Source: Bugula neritina (taxonomy: Eukaryota; Animalia; Bryozoa). Taken from it: a stretch of DNA of 64,000 nucleotides. The notes under the pieces were generated by a model, which had not been told where the DNA came from, did no database searches, and saw nothing but the letters and a program-made list of their open reading frames with translations. Shown here piece by piece: positions 53,301 through 64,000 of this stretch. Position 1 is the first letter of the stretch, and each line of letters opens with the position of its first letter. The translations under genes were made by a program, and so were the position numbers. The stretch spans positions 24,861,504 to 24,925,503 of the forward strand of contig OZ037765.1 in NCBI GenBank assembly GCA_964035545.1, read 5' to 3'.

Positions 53301-56300
53301 CACCGCTACCACAACTATTAAGCCTACTGTTACGCTAGTTAATGTATTACTTTTACTGATTTTTGTAACTAAAGCCATATACTTACTTGTGAAAAGAGAT
53401 TTTTTTGTCTTTACTGTAACTGCTGTACTGGTAGTTGCGGCAATTGTATGCATAACACTGAGACCCAGTGGTCTTGCTTCTTTGACCCTTAGTTTGCTTA
53501 GGATACGGAGAATTCGACATGTTCAACGAAGTAGAGGTGATAGAGAACACAATTAAATAAAAATATAGTTGCTTGAGATATAAAGCAGGACAAAAAACAA
53601 AGTTTAAAAGTGAGATTCACTCAATCGAAATGATGGACGACCGGCTCTATTTTCTCCCGCTAGAAAAAGAGCATGCTCGGGCTCACAAAGCCAATCGGCA
53701 ACGAGGTTACATTACAAAGTACACCCGTACCCATTCCAGATATTATTGAGTTCATTGTATTAATCAATCTTATAATTTGCCGTATAATTTATGTGCATCA
53801 CCATATATATATATTGTTGCTTTCAGGTATATATCACATGGTGCAGGTTGCTTATGCTGTGTCCCTAGTTGTGGCATATCTTCCATTTGAACAAACTTCC
53901 AACACTGATCATTTACTCAGGGCATTAGCTGTGGGAATGGTAAGCAGCAACTTCAGCTGTGCCATCTCTTTAAGTAGTTAAAGTTTTCCATGTTAAGTTC
54001 AGATTTAACTTGTAATCATAGTTATTTACAATACAAAATACAATTTTTGTCAACTACATATATAAGTTATAAAAAGTTTTATTGCGTCCTTGCAAACAGT
54101 TTTGTAAAATTTGGCCTTTTTATTTGTAAAATAATCTAATGTATTAGATATAGGCTGTAAAATTTTGACAGATGGGTGCAAATGAAAGTATAGACAAAGC
54201 GGAGTTTGTGTCTTGGTGCAGCAAACACATTCCCCACATATTCAATGGTGTGCACAGCTTTCTTCTTATCAAACTCTCTGGTGCAGAGTTTGATGACATG
54301 AGTTGGCATCAGCGTATGTCCCAGGTATGGTCCTTGACATTGCTGCTGATTTAGAAAAATTAACCAATGCTTATTACTGAATTGTGTAAGTTCTACCAGG
54401 TAAATGCTATATTAAATTTACATGCGGCTTCATATTTTTTATAAAAAAAATCAACATTTACATAAATATTAGGAATATGCACATGAGAAAATTGGTCTTG
54501 GGAAATAATTTATCATAATTTTATCATAATATTATTTTTCATGAGATGAACCATATTTAGATACAAAAACTACAAAGTGGTTTGGCAACTGCACCTTGTT
54601 TATCACACATGGGTTATGGTCAGTGTTTTTGGTGTAACTTGTTTATTTTTATTCTAATGTTTGCTTATTGCTGTTCACTTTGTTAGGCTAAAGGCAAGGT
54701 AGGTAGATTTCTCAGGTGGAATTGTCGTAGCTTACATAATAGTCAGATCCTAAGCTGGGGGGTTGGGCGAGGCAGCTTGCTTACTAACTTATCTATGAAT
54801 TAATTAACCATTGAAGGAGAGAAACAGCTTTCCGACAGTCTGAGTTAGTGCTTATTGGTTGGAATTATGTCTGAATCTGGGGTTAATAACCTGCATGGTT
54901 GCTTGGTTACATAATGTAGGGACTTTTTGGCCAAATAAGGGTTTCTCATACATAGATCTCAGTTCAACTGCAGCCAGGTCAAAGGTCAATTTCTATCTAC
55001 GCGAGCCAGCCTATCTGCTCAGCTGGAAACTTGGTTAGATCTAGGGCCAAATACTTCCTTAACAACACCAAATTGATTTAGGTTCAGAAGCTCATAACTA
55101 ATGAGGTAGAAAAAGTATGCTTCGTTGTGACAGAATACAGGGTTACTACTTAGTGGTGAAATTATTAGTACTATAGGTATTAGCTTTTAATAATTGAACT
55201 GTTAGCAGAACTAAGCAGTGCATGTAGATTACAATAAGCTGTGGAAACATAAGGAAATTCATTGTTGTACAGTTTAATAAAAAAGGATGAATTTATTTCC
55301 ACCAACAGCTTGTGTATTTTATTAGCTGTTAAACTTCAGCCAAATATAAAACACATAGAAATAATACTGGCTAAGTGGGGTTTAAACCCTATTCAACTGC
55401 TTTTCACATTCTCAGTTATAAGTAATATTTTTTGGTTGTTGAATTTCAATTAGTCTATAATAAGTCTTATGTCAAAACACTATTCTGAGCGCTTTTCATT
55501 TCACCTCTTGGCATCATCATTATACTTTCTATATTCCAGCTCCACCCACTGTTCTGTAACTCCCTCTATTCCATTATGGTTTATAATTAGTCTAACACAC
55601 TGTTATCAAGTATGTAATGGCAGTATAATATGCAGTATGCCACGCAAGTGATCATCTGCATTACTCCATGCTCTAATCTAATATTAAAGGGTTTCTAAAT
55701 TTGGAGCATTTCTTGGGTTGAAGGCTCGAGTATTTTTGTGTGTGGTGCACCTGGAATATTTGAGTTGTAAACTTGTATTTGCATTTTTGTTCAACAACTA
55801 ATGGGATAAGAATTTCTGGTGTTTCTTTTTAGTTAAATTAACATAAAAACAAAATATGTTTTAAGTCATTTTTTATGAAAAGTAATTTATTATGCCCATG
55901 AGATTTTACTATTTTTAGTCAATTCAACATGTATTCCATAAAACTTTGTTAGATTAACATGAATTTACAGTGCCTATATAAGAAAAGTTGAAAGTAGTGT
56001 GTCTTATTTATTTTGGTCTAGTCTTCAATTATTAGCACTAAAACTGTTCAATGATTTTCGCACCTCAATGCTACACTACCTTTCTCAGTTGCTGAAAGCT
56101 GAAGTGTCGCTAAAGCTTCATGTGTCAAGTATATTCACTTCAACTTTAGCTTAAAACTTGACACAAAATACAAATGTAGCCTCAAATGTGGAAAAATTCA
56201 ATTAATAAAGTGTAGTTTTAGAAATCAGAATGAGATTATAGGCGGCAAGCTGGTGACCTGCAAATATATAGTGAATTCTCAAGAAAAATGGAAGATTTAT

Positions 56301-59300
56301 GGCCTATATACAGCTAATGCATAATATTCTTTTGCTGCAGTGTATATGTTGCATTAATAACTAATTATATTATGTTTATGAATTATGAGTCTGGCACTTG
56401 ATGATGGATAAGTAAATAATGAGTATTTTATATGAGAAACTGTAAATGCATCAGTTGGAAGTGATTTAAAAAGTATTTTCATGCTAAATAGCATAAATTA
56501 AGAACGTAGGTAAAAATAGCAAGCCTTACCTATTTATTAGATTTTCATTGCAATTTATTGTAGTAGATTAATCCAGCTATGAATTTGAATTAGTAAAGTA
56601 TTTAATACATTTTGTTTCAACAGTAAAAATTGCTCTTGAAAAATTCTTTACTTGCGTTTTGCAGGAAAACATAAAGACTATTTCACAAATTGCTTTCATG
56701 TCCCAAGTGCATTATGTGGGTTATGTGTATTGCTCTTCTTGTATATAATAAAGGATTTCACCTTTACAGGGTAATTTATCAGAATTATCTCTAGCCATGA
56801 TAGCGTGTCTGGAAGATGGATCAGGGGCTTCCCTCACCCCATGTGTTACCTGGTTGTTAGCCTCCTCATTACCAAACCTATATGTTATTGAGCAGCAAAA
56901 GTCTAATGCAACTAGAACCTCCATTGTTCCAAACTTCCTCATGAGTAGAATGGTGAGTAATCGCTTTACTGATGGTATGTCCTGTTGGCCAACATCAAAC
57001 AGATTTATTTAATCATCAACCATCATTTATTGTTGAAATTTAACGGATCCCTTTGAGATATTTGTATTATTTTGTAGCAATCACTGACTGAGAAGAATCC
57101 CTGGTGCCAATTATACTGCAGCAATAGAGATGGGCTGAGTGTAAACAGGTAGGTTTTATTGGGCTGTTATCTATGGGTTGCTAGTTATAGCTGTTCTAGT
57201 TACTGTCTTTACCTTAAAGTACCAGTGTAAAACTTTCTTATAATATTACCAAAAGAAAGAGATGGCAGTTGAAGTGTGTTTCAAATCAGAATTGTGATGT
57301 AACAGGTCTCACAAGCATAAGCAGTAGCTGCAGCAAAAGTTTTAAACACTATCATAGTTAATTTTGAAACTGTAACTTCCAGTTGTCAAATTTCAAGCTT
57401 TGCTTCAAGTCAATTTATAATTAAATTCAAGTTGGTTGCCTGAAAAATCTATCAGGGCTGGCTCAGTGTGTAGGCAAGGCATTATAATTTAACTTTTATA
57501 TGGTAATAATTTAGATTTTTTATAATAATTGATTAAATTTCTAATTGTGCAATTTTTTGTCTGTAAAATGGCAGGCAGACTTACTTTCCATCAGCCACGA
57601 TTATGTAGGTTCTGCAAATAGATACACATCCATCAGTCTCCTGCTAAAACTATTGGCTACTTTCCAAATTGTTTGTTCTTGTAATGCAGTCTCTGTATAG
57701 TCTTCTTGAAAATATATTATTAGAAAACCATTATGGGATATTAGCTGCGAACTTATATACAGTTGCTACATCATCTAGTAGATTTGATTAATGCATGCAA
57801 TTCACATTAAGTCATCTAACAAAAAATAGAAGCAGTGAAAGTTCAGCTCAGTTTAAGATGAAATAATTACTGGCATGACATTAACTGTGCCACGAGACAA
57901 ATTTAATGTTATTTCTGAAAATTCTTCGGCAAACCCTAGTTACTCGGTCTTTCAGTGCCCGTGTTTGACGTGTTTGGTGTTACTTAATGTATATGTGGAC
58001 TACTGTATCAGTTACATGTGATAGCCACTAAAGTAGAACCCTGTGACATTTTATAACCCTTGCTGAAGGAAAAATAAGTATGACGTATTGCAGCAGGCCA
58101 GTGTTTATAGATGTTGAAATACTGATTTATGTTTGCTTGACAGGTTTGAACATCATGTTTATGCTTACAAAGGACCAACTGTGGCACTTTTTAGCTTTGA
58201 AAATAACCTTTATGCTTTGGCTACAGATTGTGAGTGGCGGTAAGACAAACCTGTTAGTTTGATTGTTGCAATACTGTGTGATAATCGTATTAGTTTCACT
58301 GTTAGACTGCTGTATTGGAACGAGTTGTGTGTTTGCAATCTCTGTTTTACATCACAATGCCTCACTGTGTCATTGTTTATGTTACACTTGTTTATGTTTT
58401 TCCAATACAGGGAGAGCATATCAATGTGGGGAAGTGAAGGAACAGTGCTGATGCAATTACTACCCAGGTTCAGCTTCATTGACAGTAAGCTTCTATATCT
58501 TCTGCTATCTTATCTTCTGTTAACTGAAGCCATTTAATCAATATCCAATTGCACAGCAATTACGGCCAAGGCACGTGACTGTGTAAACAGGCATGTTCCT
58601 TCAGCCTAGGGCCACACGGTGCGTATTTTCGCATGCGAAAATTGAAATCACAAGTAGCAAAGGTGTCCACTGTGCGCGTTGAGAAAACGTTCGCACTTGC
58701 GTTGAAAATGCTGAGCTACAAGTGCGAATCGTCTCTGTCATCGTCACCTAATTGGCTGGTAGCTATTCAGCGAGCCCAATTTCTTTAATTTAGTGCTACA
58801 TTCCAGCAAATTGCGTTCTATTGAAAGCGATTTAAAAATGAAAGCTTTATTTATCACGCATCACTGACGCTACTTGTGATTTCAATTTTCGCATGCGAAA
58901 ATACGCACCGTGTGGCCCTAGGCTTAGTATTGTACTGTCAATATATAAAGTTGTTAAGACTGAGTAATTAATCGAGCAGTTGTAAACTGAAGAAGCTGTT
59001 TCATATTTTCTAACATTAATATGCATGACTACTAATCAGTAATCTTTCTGATTCAATTACTTTGTTACTCACAAACTACTATCTGATTATACTCCAGCCA
59101 CATTTGGCCACCTGCAATAGGAACTAGCATTCATTCATCAACAACCTGTGAGGCAAAACATGTTGTCATATTCCATCATTGCATTTACTCACATTAGTAA
59201 ACAAACAACATGTGACACCAGTCCTGCTCAATAATGCACATTTCCTGTTACTTCAAATCCAAATCCCTATCTAAAGATTAGTTAGATCATATCTTATAAC

Positions 59301-60480
59301 CCACTATATGGAATGTTTATCTTACATGCTCATGTATTTAGTTCATGTAATTTTTCCTAATATTGAATAAATGTTAAGTGTAATACAAGTAATTTGCTAT
59401 ACTTTTGTTTTCCCCATCACACAAGAACAGTTGGATTTGCATTTTAACGCTTAACTTCTCATGAGCTTTTTATATTTTGTGAGATGAATGAGGCAATTTG
59501 ATACATGCACTTATGTAGCAAAGGAGATATCATATTCATTTTTGGTCAGACATTTCTGCTTGGTGAATTGGTGTGCTAGCTACTAGGTTGGCTGACCCCA
59601 ATCAATGTTTTCTATGCAAATTATCTTCCTGCTTACTCAACTATTACTATATTTACTCAACTCATCTCATGGTAATAACCTTGAGAATAAACGCTCATTT
59701 GCTATGCTAATATTTTAGGTGGCCGCATTGTGTATACCAATCACCACACACGAGGAGTCTTTAAAGGCATACAGATAGGCTCTGATTATAAGTCTCCTGT
59801 AATAAAAATTGCTGACATGGCAACAGTTGAACATTATGATGTTGATTTAACTTTGGAGCAAGTGGAGGTAACTCTCTGAACCCACTCAGGCTTTTAAATT
59901 GCATTATGTCATAAACTAGGTCAGGCTTGGTTTCACTTGAGTTAATTTTCACTTTTTATAAAGGAACTGAAACAGAAATTGTGTCACACAACACTCAATT
60001 ATTGGTGAAATAAGTATCATTGTTATGATGAAAATATAATTTGATGAATAAGCGATTGTAAACACAGTTTGAATGCACTGCACATGGTTAACATCTCTGT
60101 TTTATGCATCTAACACAGTAAAAAACATGACTATCAATATTTTCTAAGGTTTGGGGTTGTGCAAACAACTCTGTACGAGAGACACAGCTAAAACAAAGAG
60201 CCTGGGAAAGAAAAGAAGTAGAAAAAATTCATAACCGAAAGGTAAGCTTGGTTCATATTAAGCAACTTAGACTTTAGTGAAATTATTTTTGCTTTATTGT
60301 TGGAGTTATCTGCTTTTAATATATATCTTGTACTCAAAAATTATGCGTTGTTTGTTCTTGGAGCCTAATATAAACTTACATTTTGTATTGCAGTTAAAGC
60401 TAGAAAACTGGGAAGAAAATCCTGACCGAATGCTTCTGGACTGGGTAGGTATAAACACAAACCACAACCAAAGAGTGTGA
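47329..60480 (+). CDS. TLDc-domain protein with predicted N-myristoylation site (MEAK7/Rtc5-like architecture). Exons 47329-47439, 47664-47729, 48089-48293, 53827-53939, 54172-54324, 56770-56952, 57078-57148, 58144-58239, 58411-58484, 59719-59867, 60149-60241, 60394-60480
   Basis: Starts MGNGHS (MGxxxS). EF-hand-like segments IHLEEFLR and IDKAEFVSWC. TLDc motifs WCQLYCSNRDGLSVNRFEHHVYAYKGPTV ... VEVWGC. Ends WEENPDRMLLDWVG...*. All junction phases are consistent. Confidence 0.85.
49721..53520 (-). CDS. THAP9/P-transposase-derived protein, ~627 aa, 9 exons (53520-53387, 52495-52294, 52212-52099, 51949-51745, 51670-51523, 51438-51399, 51314-51142, 51057-50906, 50436-49721), lacking the central catalytic region
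   Basis: THAP C2CH finger CYAYNC...SFHKFP...W...LCSDHF...LRSGAVP; DHCY motif plus coiled coil; FALTLHLYSPKAYEFLR..LPSPRSLRRW; DRLFDILNSR..KGYKQPL; YKFSQDHLELFFNAVRRCGGWNNNP; YISGWVVRK...CLEC...NNGGLTIPS. No stops or frameshifts in the spliced model. Confidence 0.85.
52830..53300. repeat. (TAG/CAG)n-rich low-complexity tract with ~60-bp internal duplication, in intron 1 of the transposase-derived gene
   Basis: Runs of agtagtagt and agcagcagc; GTACTAGCAGTTGTAGTACTAGTGCTCTA occurs at ~52950 and ~53011. Confidence 0.8.
58604..58923. mobile_element. MITE, 320 bp, perfect 55-bp TIRs, probably PIF/Harbinger
   Basis: GCCTAGGGCCACACGGTGCGTATTTTCGCATGCGAAAATTGAAATCACAAGTAGC at 58604-58658 and its exact reverse complement at 58869-58923. 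Flanks TCA / TTA resemble a 3-bp TWA-type TSD. Confidence 0.9.
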
Positions 60481-61113
60481 CCTGATCACTACTACAACTC
60501 TACACTGCTGATTCTTGATTTATTTCTCAACTGCTGTTTTATTGATAATTTTCATTTTTGAAAGCTGGACCACATCTCAAATAATATAATTTTTATTTTT
60601 TACTTGTTGTTTTGATGTCGGACAAACCTATTTTGTATATTTTTATCTACAATTAAACTCTAGCTAGAGGAGGGGGTAGCATGTGCTTTAATAGGCTAAG
60701 GTTGTGTTGGATCTCAGTGAGGTCTTTTTACTTGTTTAAAAGTTGCTAATATATTGGTATAAGAAATGTTGCAAATGTTGAGTAATTGTTGGAAGTTGAA
60801 AAAGTTAGTTTAAATTATGAGATTTGATTTTACATTTATGTTCATTATTATACCAGGCTTTAAAACTACTTTCTCTTTGTTAGGATATTCAACTAGTATA
60901 ATTTATTTTAAATAAATTACATTTTTAAGAAAATAATTTGAAAATCTAGGAAAAGAAATCTAAATGAGATAAATTATATCATATTACATTGCAATAAACA
61001 TAATTTTCTTGTGGTTGTTGCTAATCAATATGGATACATAGTAATATTCTGTCGCATTTCATATAGATTAGTGAAACATTAAAAATTCTCAAATCTTTGC
61101 AACCAATTAGTGG

Positions 61114-63577
61114 CTATGAACCTTTCTGTGCCTGTCTATGAAGTTTAAGACATTGTGGAGAACAGAATGTATAGTTCAAGTATTCGAAGGGTGTTTTACC
61201 AGTGATATCTTTAGCACAGTGATGGCATCGGCTACAATAAAAAATAAAGGAAGAGATCAACTGGTTTGAGCAATCTTATTACAGCATGCTTGCTGTTATT
61301 TGGTAAAAATATCATGCATACATACTTGAGTACTTGGGGAACTTTAGACTGAGCTCCTGCAGCCTGTAACAGCCTTCTTTCTGCAGCTAAAGCCCTCTAT
61401 AAAAATTAAGTCAATGACACCGATATAGTAATTATTTAGTCTTAAATATTGTGTAAGTTCATACACTGGATGTTATTTGTAAGTAAATTTAATCTTATTG
61501 AAAATATTTCAAATGACCAAGAAATGTGTGACATAAATAAAGTAGAGAGTAGTGGTATGTCTGTTGAAATAGTAATAGCAGTCTGATTAGTAAAACAATC
61601 TATTCAAACAACAATAACATAATAATGTTGAAACTTTCTAAAATTTAAGAGTTATGCTACCTTCTCCCGATCACTAAGGGCCAGGAATCTGACTTTCTCT
61701 TCGTTTTCAGCTCGCTGTGCAGCTGCCTCTGCCTTCTTTACCTGTTATTGGAACCAAATGCTGTCAATATTCATAATAAATCAAAGAATTTAAGACAGTG
61801 GGCTGTTTTGACATACATCAGATATATCTAGCTTAAACGTATACCCAATCATTTGGTTCAGAAAAAATTTATTGTCGGATAATATTCTTGTACATTCAAT
61901 TTCAAGTTGGCAGACAAAATCTTAGTTTATAATTATAAAACTTAATATCTTACATATAACTTTAATAAATGTTAGCAAGTATTTTTAAAGCTTATAAATA
62001 TACCTTTAATCTATCTTTTTTCTTTTTGTTGAGTTCTTTTCTCCTCTCAGAGTCCTTGGAATCTTTAAGAGCTACCATTTCTCTAGTCAGTGGACCAGGA
62101 ACCTATACATGGTGTATAATGAATTGCTACCGTATTTCAACATGCCCTAGCATCTAAGTCAAAATTGTGATACGTCAATATACACTCATATATTACTTTA
62201 AGAGAGTAAACAAATTTTCAAAATTCACTTATGCTTCATTATATTGAATTGTACTTGCTCTTATTCTGGACATACCTGAGCTTTGATATAGTCGTATTTT
62301 TCAGGAAAACTTTCCATAAATATTCTAAATTCATTTCTAACAGCTTTATTCTGTGTAGATAGATATGGTACTACATTTTTCTCATCACTGAAAGCAAATA
62401 ATTTGATACATACATTGAAGGCACACAACAAAACACTGAAATCACCACCCTTGTTCATATTTGAATTAAAACTATACATGTTCAGATTTTTACTAGCAGA
62501 ATTTAAACTGTTTAATCAGGTTTTGCTTTTGCTAGTGCAAGTGGAGTAGTTAGTATAAAATAGGAAAATCCAAACTTGTGCGTCATTAAAAACATTCTTT
62601 TGTAAAGAGCAGCCTCTTATGGCTGGTATTTGGTACATTATTTGACATATGTTGAATATGAAACAAATTATATGATATTTACGATCTTGCTGGATCACAT
62701 CCTATGCCAAGAAGATAGGGTATAAGATGAGAGTGGCATTTCTGACAGGCTATGTGTAAAAGGGTATGACCTTGACTGTTCAAAGGAAGACTAATGGCAG
62801 CTGAGAAGTTGTCTAGCCCTTGCAATATCTCATTAGAGTACCCAGTGACTAGTCTTTCCAACTCAACCTCATCGCCGACAGTGCAGGCTGTATAGAATTC
62901 ACTTTGGAAGGCTAGCACTGCAAACAGGTTCAGATTAAAGGACTAATTAAAATATAAAATAAATGATATATTATTTTGATGTATTTTTCGGTGTAAATTG
63001 AGGTGAATTTATATTTGCACTAGTTGAAAGGAGCACTCCTAAAAATTAGATTTCTTAATTTCAAACCCCAACTTCAAAGTATTTTTTCAAATTGCAGGTA
63101 TTAAAATCAAAACCACGCCTTCAAGATTAATTGGGTGCCTATTAATCAAAGAGTTATCCTCTCAGTACAAAAGTATTGGGTCATGCAAAATATGAATACC
63201 AAGAGTTTTGGAGTTGGCTATTCAACAATTAGGAAGTTGGAAAGTTGCATAAAAAATAAATGCAATAGGTCAAGGAAATGGAATCTTTACAACTGAAGGT
63301 AGCATACATTTCAGTATATATAGCAACGTGTGTACCCTTTAGCCGACAATGAAGCTTATTTGCAGGCTACGTTAAAATATTACAACCAATTGAAGTTAGA
63401 ATTGTCGGAATTAAAATATAGCTCACTTTTATTTTGTGCTGGCACATTTAGATCTTTCTCCTTAACAGACTTTTTATGCTTAATTTTTTCTCCTTTCAAA
63501 TCATCAGCATGAGCAGTATTTACTAGTACCACTGAATCTTCAACTTCTTCTTCACTGGGCAGTTTACATTCAGCATC
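61114..63577 (-). CDS. ANKZF1: Ankyrin repeat and zinc finger peptidyl-tRNA release factor ANKZF1/Vms1, 3' portion (gene continues beyond window)
   Basis: Ankyrin repeat GHTLLHIACQKCHSHLIPYLLGIGCDPA; VRNEFRIFMESFPEKYDYIKAQVPGPLT; RFLALSDREKRALAAERRL (VIM-like); C-terminal RCHHCAKDITGKTPFEYLNYTFCSPQCLKLHR...*. Confidence 0.9.
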
Positions 63578-64000
63578 TAAAACAGCAGTTCTTTTATAAA
63601 ATTACTAAAAACTGTTTTTGCTAAAAAAAATAAAATACATGAAGCATTGAAACACCTGTTTGTCACAAATCAGGATATCAAACATAATGTACAATAGATA
63701 ATCCTACAAACAACATAAAATAGTTTCTATTATTTAGCCATATAATAAAGGGCATTTAGGTTAAGGCCTACAGTCTACACCATACATTTATTTGACAAAC
63801 TGTTTTATTTCTCAACCATCAAAATCTATTTGATGACTAAAAAAACTAGTTAGATTTTCAACAAGTGCTTATAAGCTAACTGCAAAAAATGTATAAGAAA
63901 AAAGAGTCATCAACAGGCGAAATTTATACTATAGTAATTGGTAAACACCATTCACGGATATGTACATTACACTATTTCATGACCAATTAACAATGACAAG

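Larger units (their letters stand above)
49054..53757 (-). mobile_element. P-element superfamily (THAP9-like) DNA transposon, 4704 bp, internally deleted, antisense in a TLDc intron
   Basis: 8-bp direct repeat TATTAATC at 49046-49053 and 53758-53765; CA...TG termini; degenerate 27-bp TIR (18/27 identical: CACTGAGCTGGAATATACCTGGAGAGG vs CAATGAACTCAATAATATCTGGAATGG); encloses a THAP9-like gene. Confidence 0.8.

Noticed and set aside
53215-53556. Hydrophobic and Ser/Thr-rich ORFs on both strands
   Set aside because: Artefacts of TAG/CTA low-complexity sequence overlapping the real THAP exon 1 in other frames.
63023-63226. Degenerate inverted repeat in an ANKZF1 intron
   Set aside because: Too many mismatches and no TSD to call a MITE.

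Overview
AT-rich, intron-dense eukaryotic DNA from an invertebrate animal (compact lophotrochozoan-like organisation; taxon is inference). Five spliced host genes: CFAP54 (-, 2993-36614, dozens of exons), ZNHIT3 (+, 38072-40149), a ZDHHC5/8 palmitoyltransferase (-, 40591-44742, with a U12-type minor intron), an N-myristoylatable TLDc-domain gene (+, 47329-60480) and the 3' part of ANKZF1/Vms1 (-, from 61114 to beyond the window). The first four form two head-to-head pairs. Mobile DNA: a decayed CR1/L2-like LINE fragment, two copies of a tRNA-derived SINE, two MITEs, a 20-bp minisatellite, and a 4.7-kb P-element/THAP9-like element antisense in a TLDc intron. That element is the most notable feature. 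It has an 8-bp TSD and degenerate TIRs, and a fully open 9-exon, ~627-aa ORF. The ORF keeps THAP, coiled-coil, HTH and C-terminal regions but lacks the central RNase H DD and most of the GTP-binding region, lost cleanly at an in-frame intron. It is a candidate catalytically dead repressor or domesticated gene. All exon models were derived by hand from splice signals and reading frames; no database searches were run.
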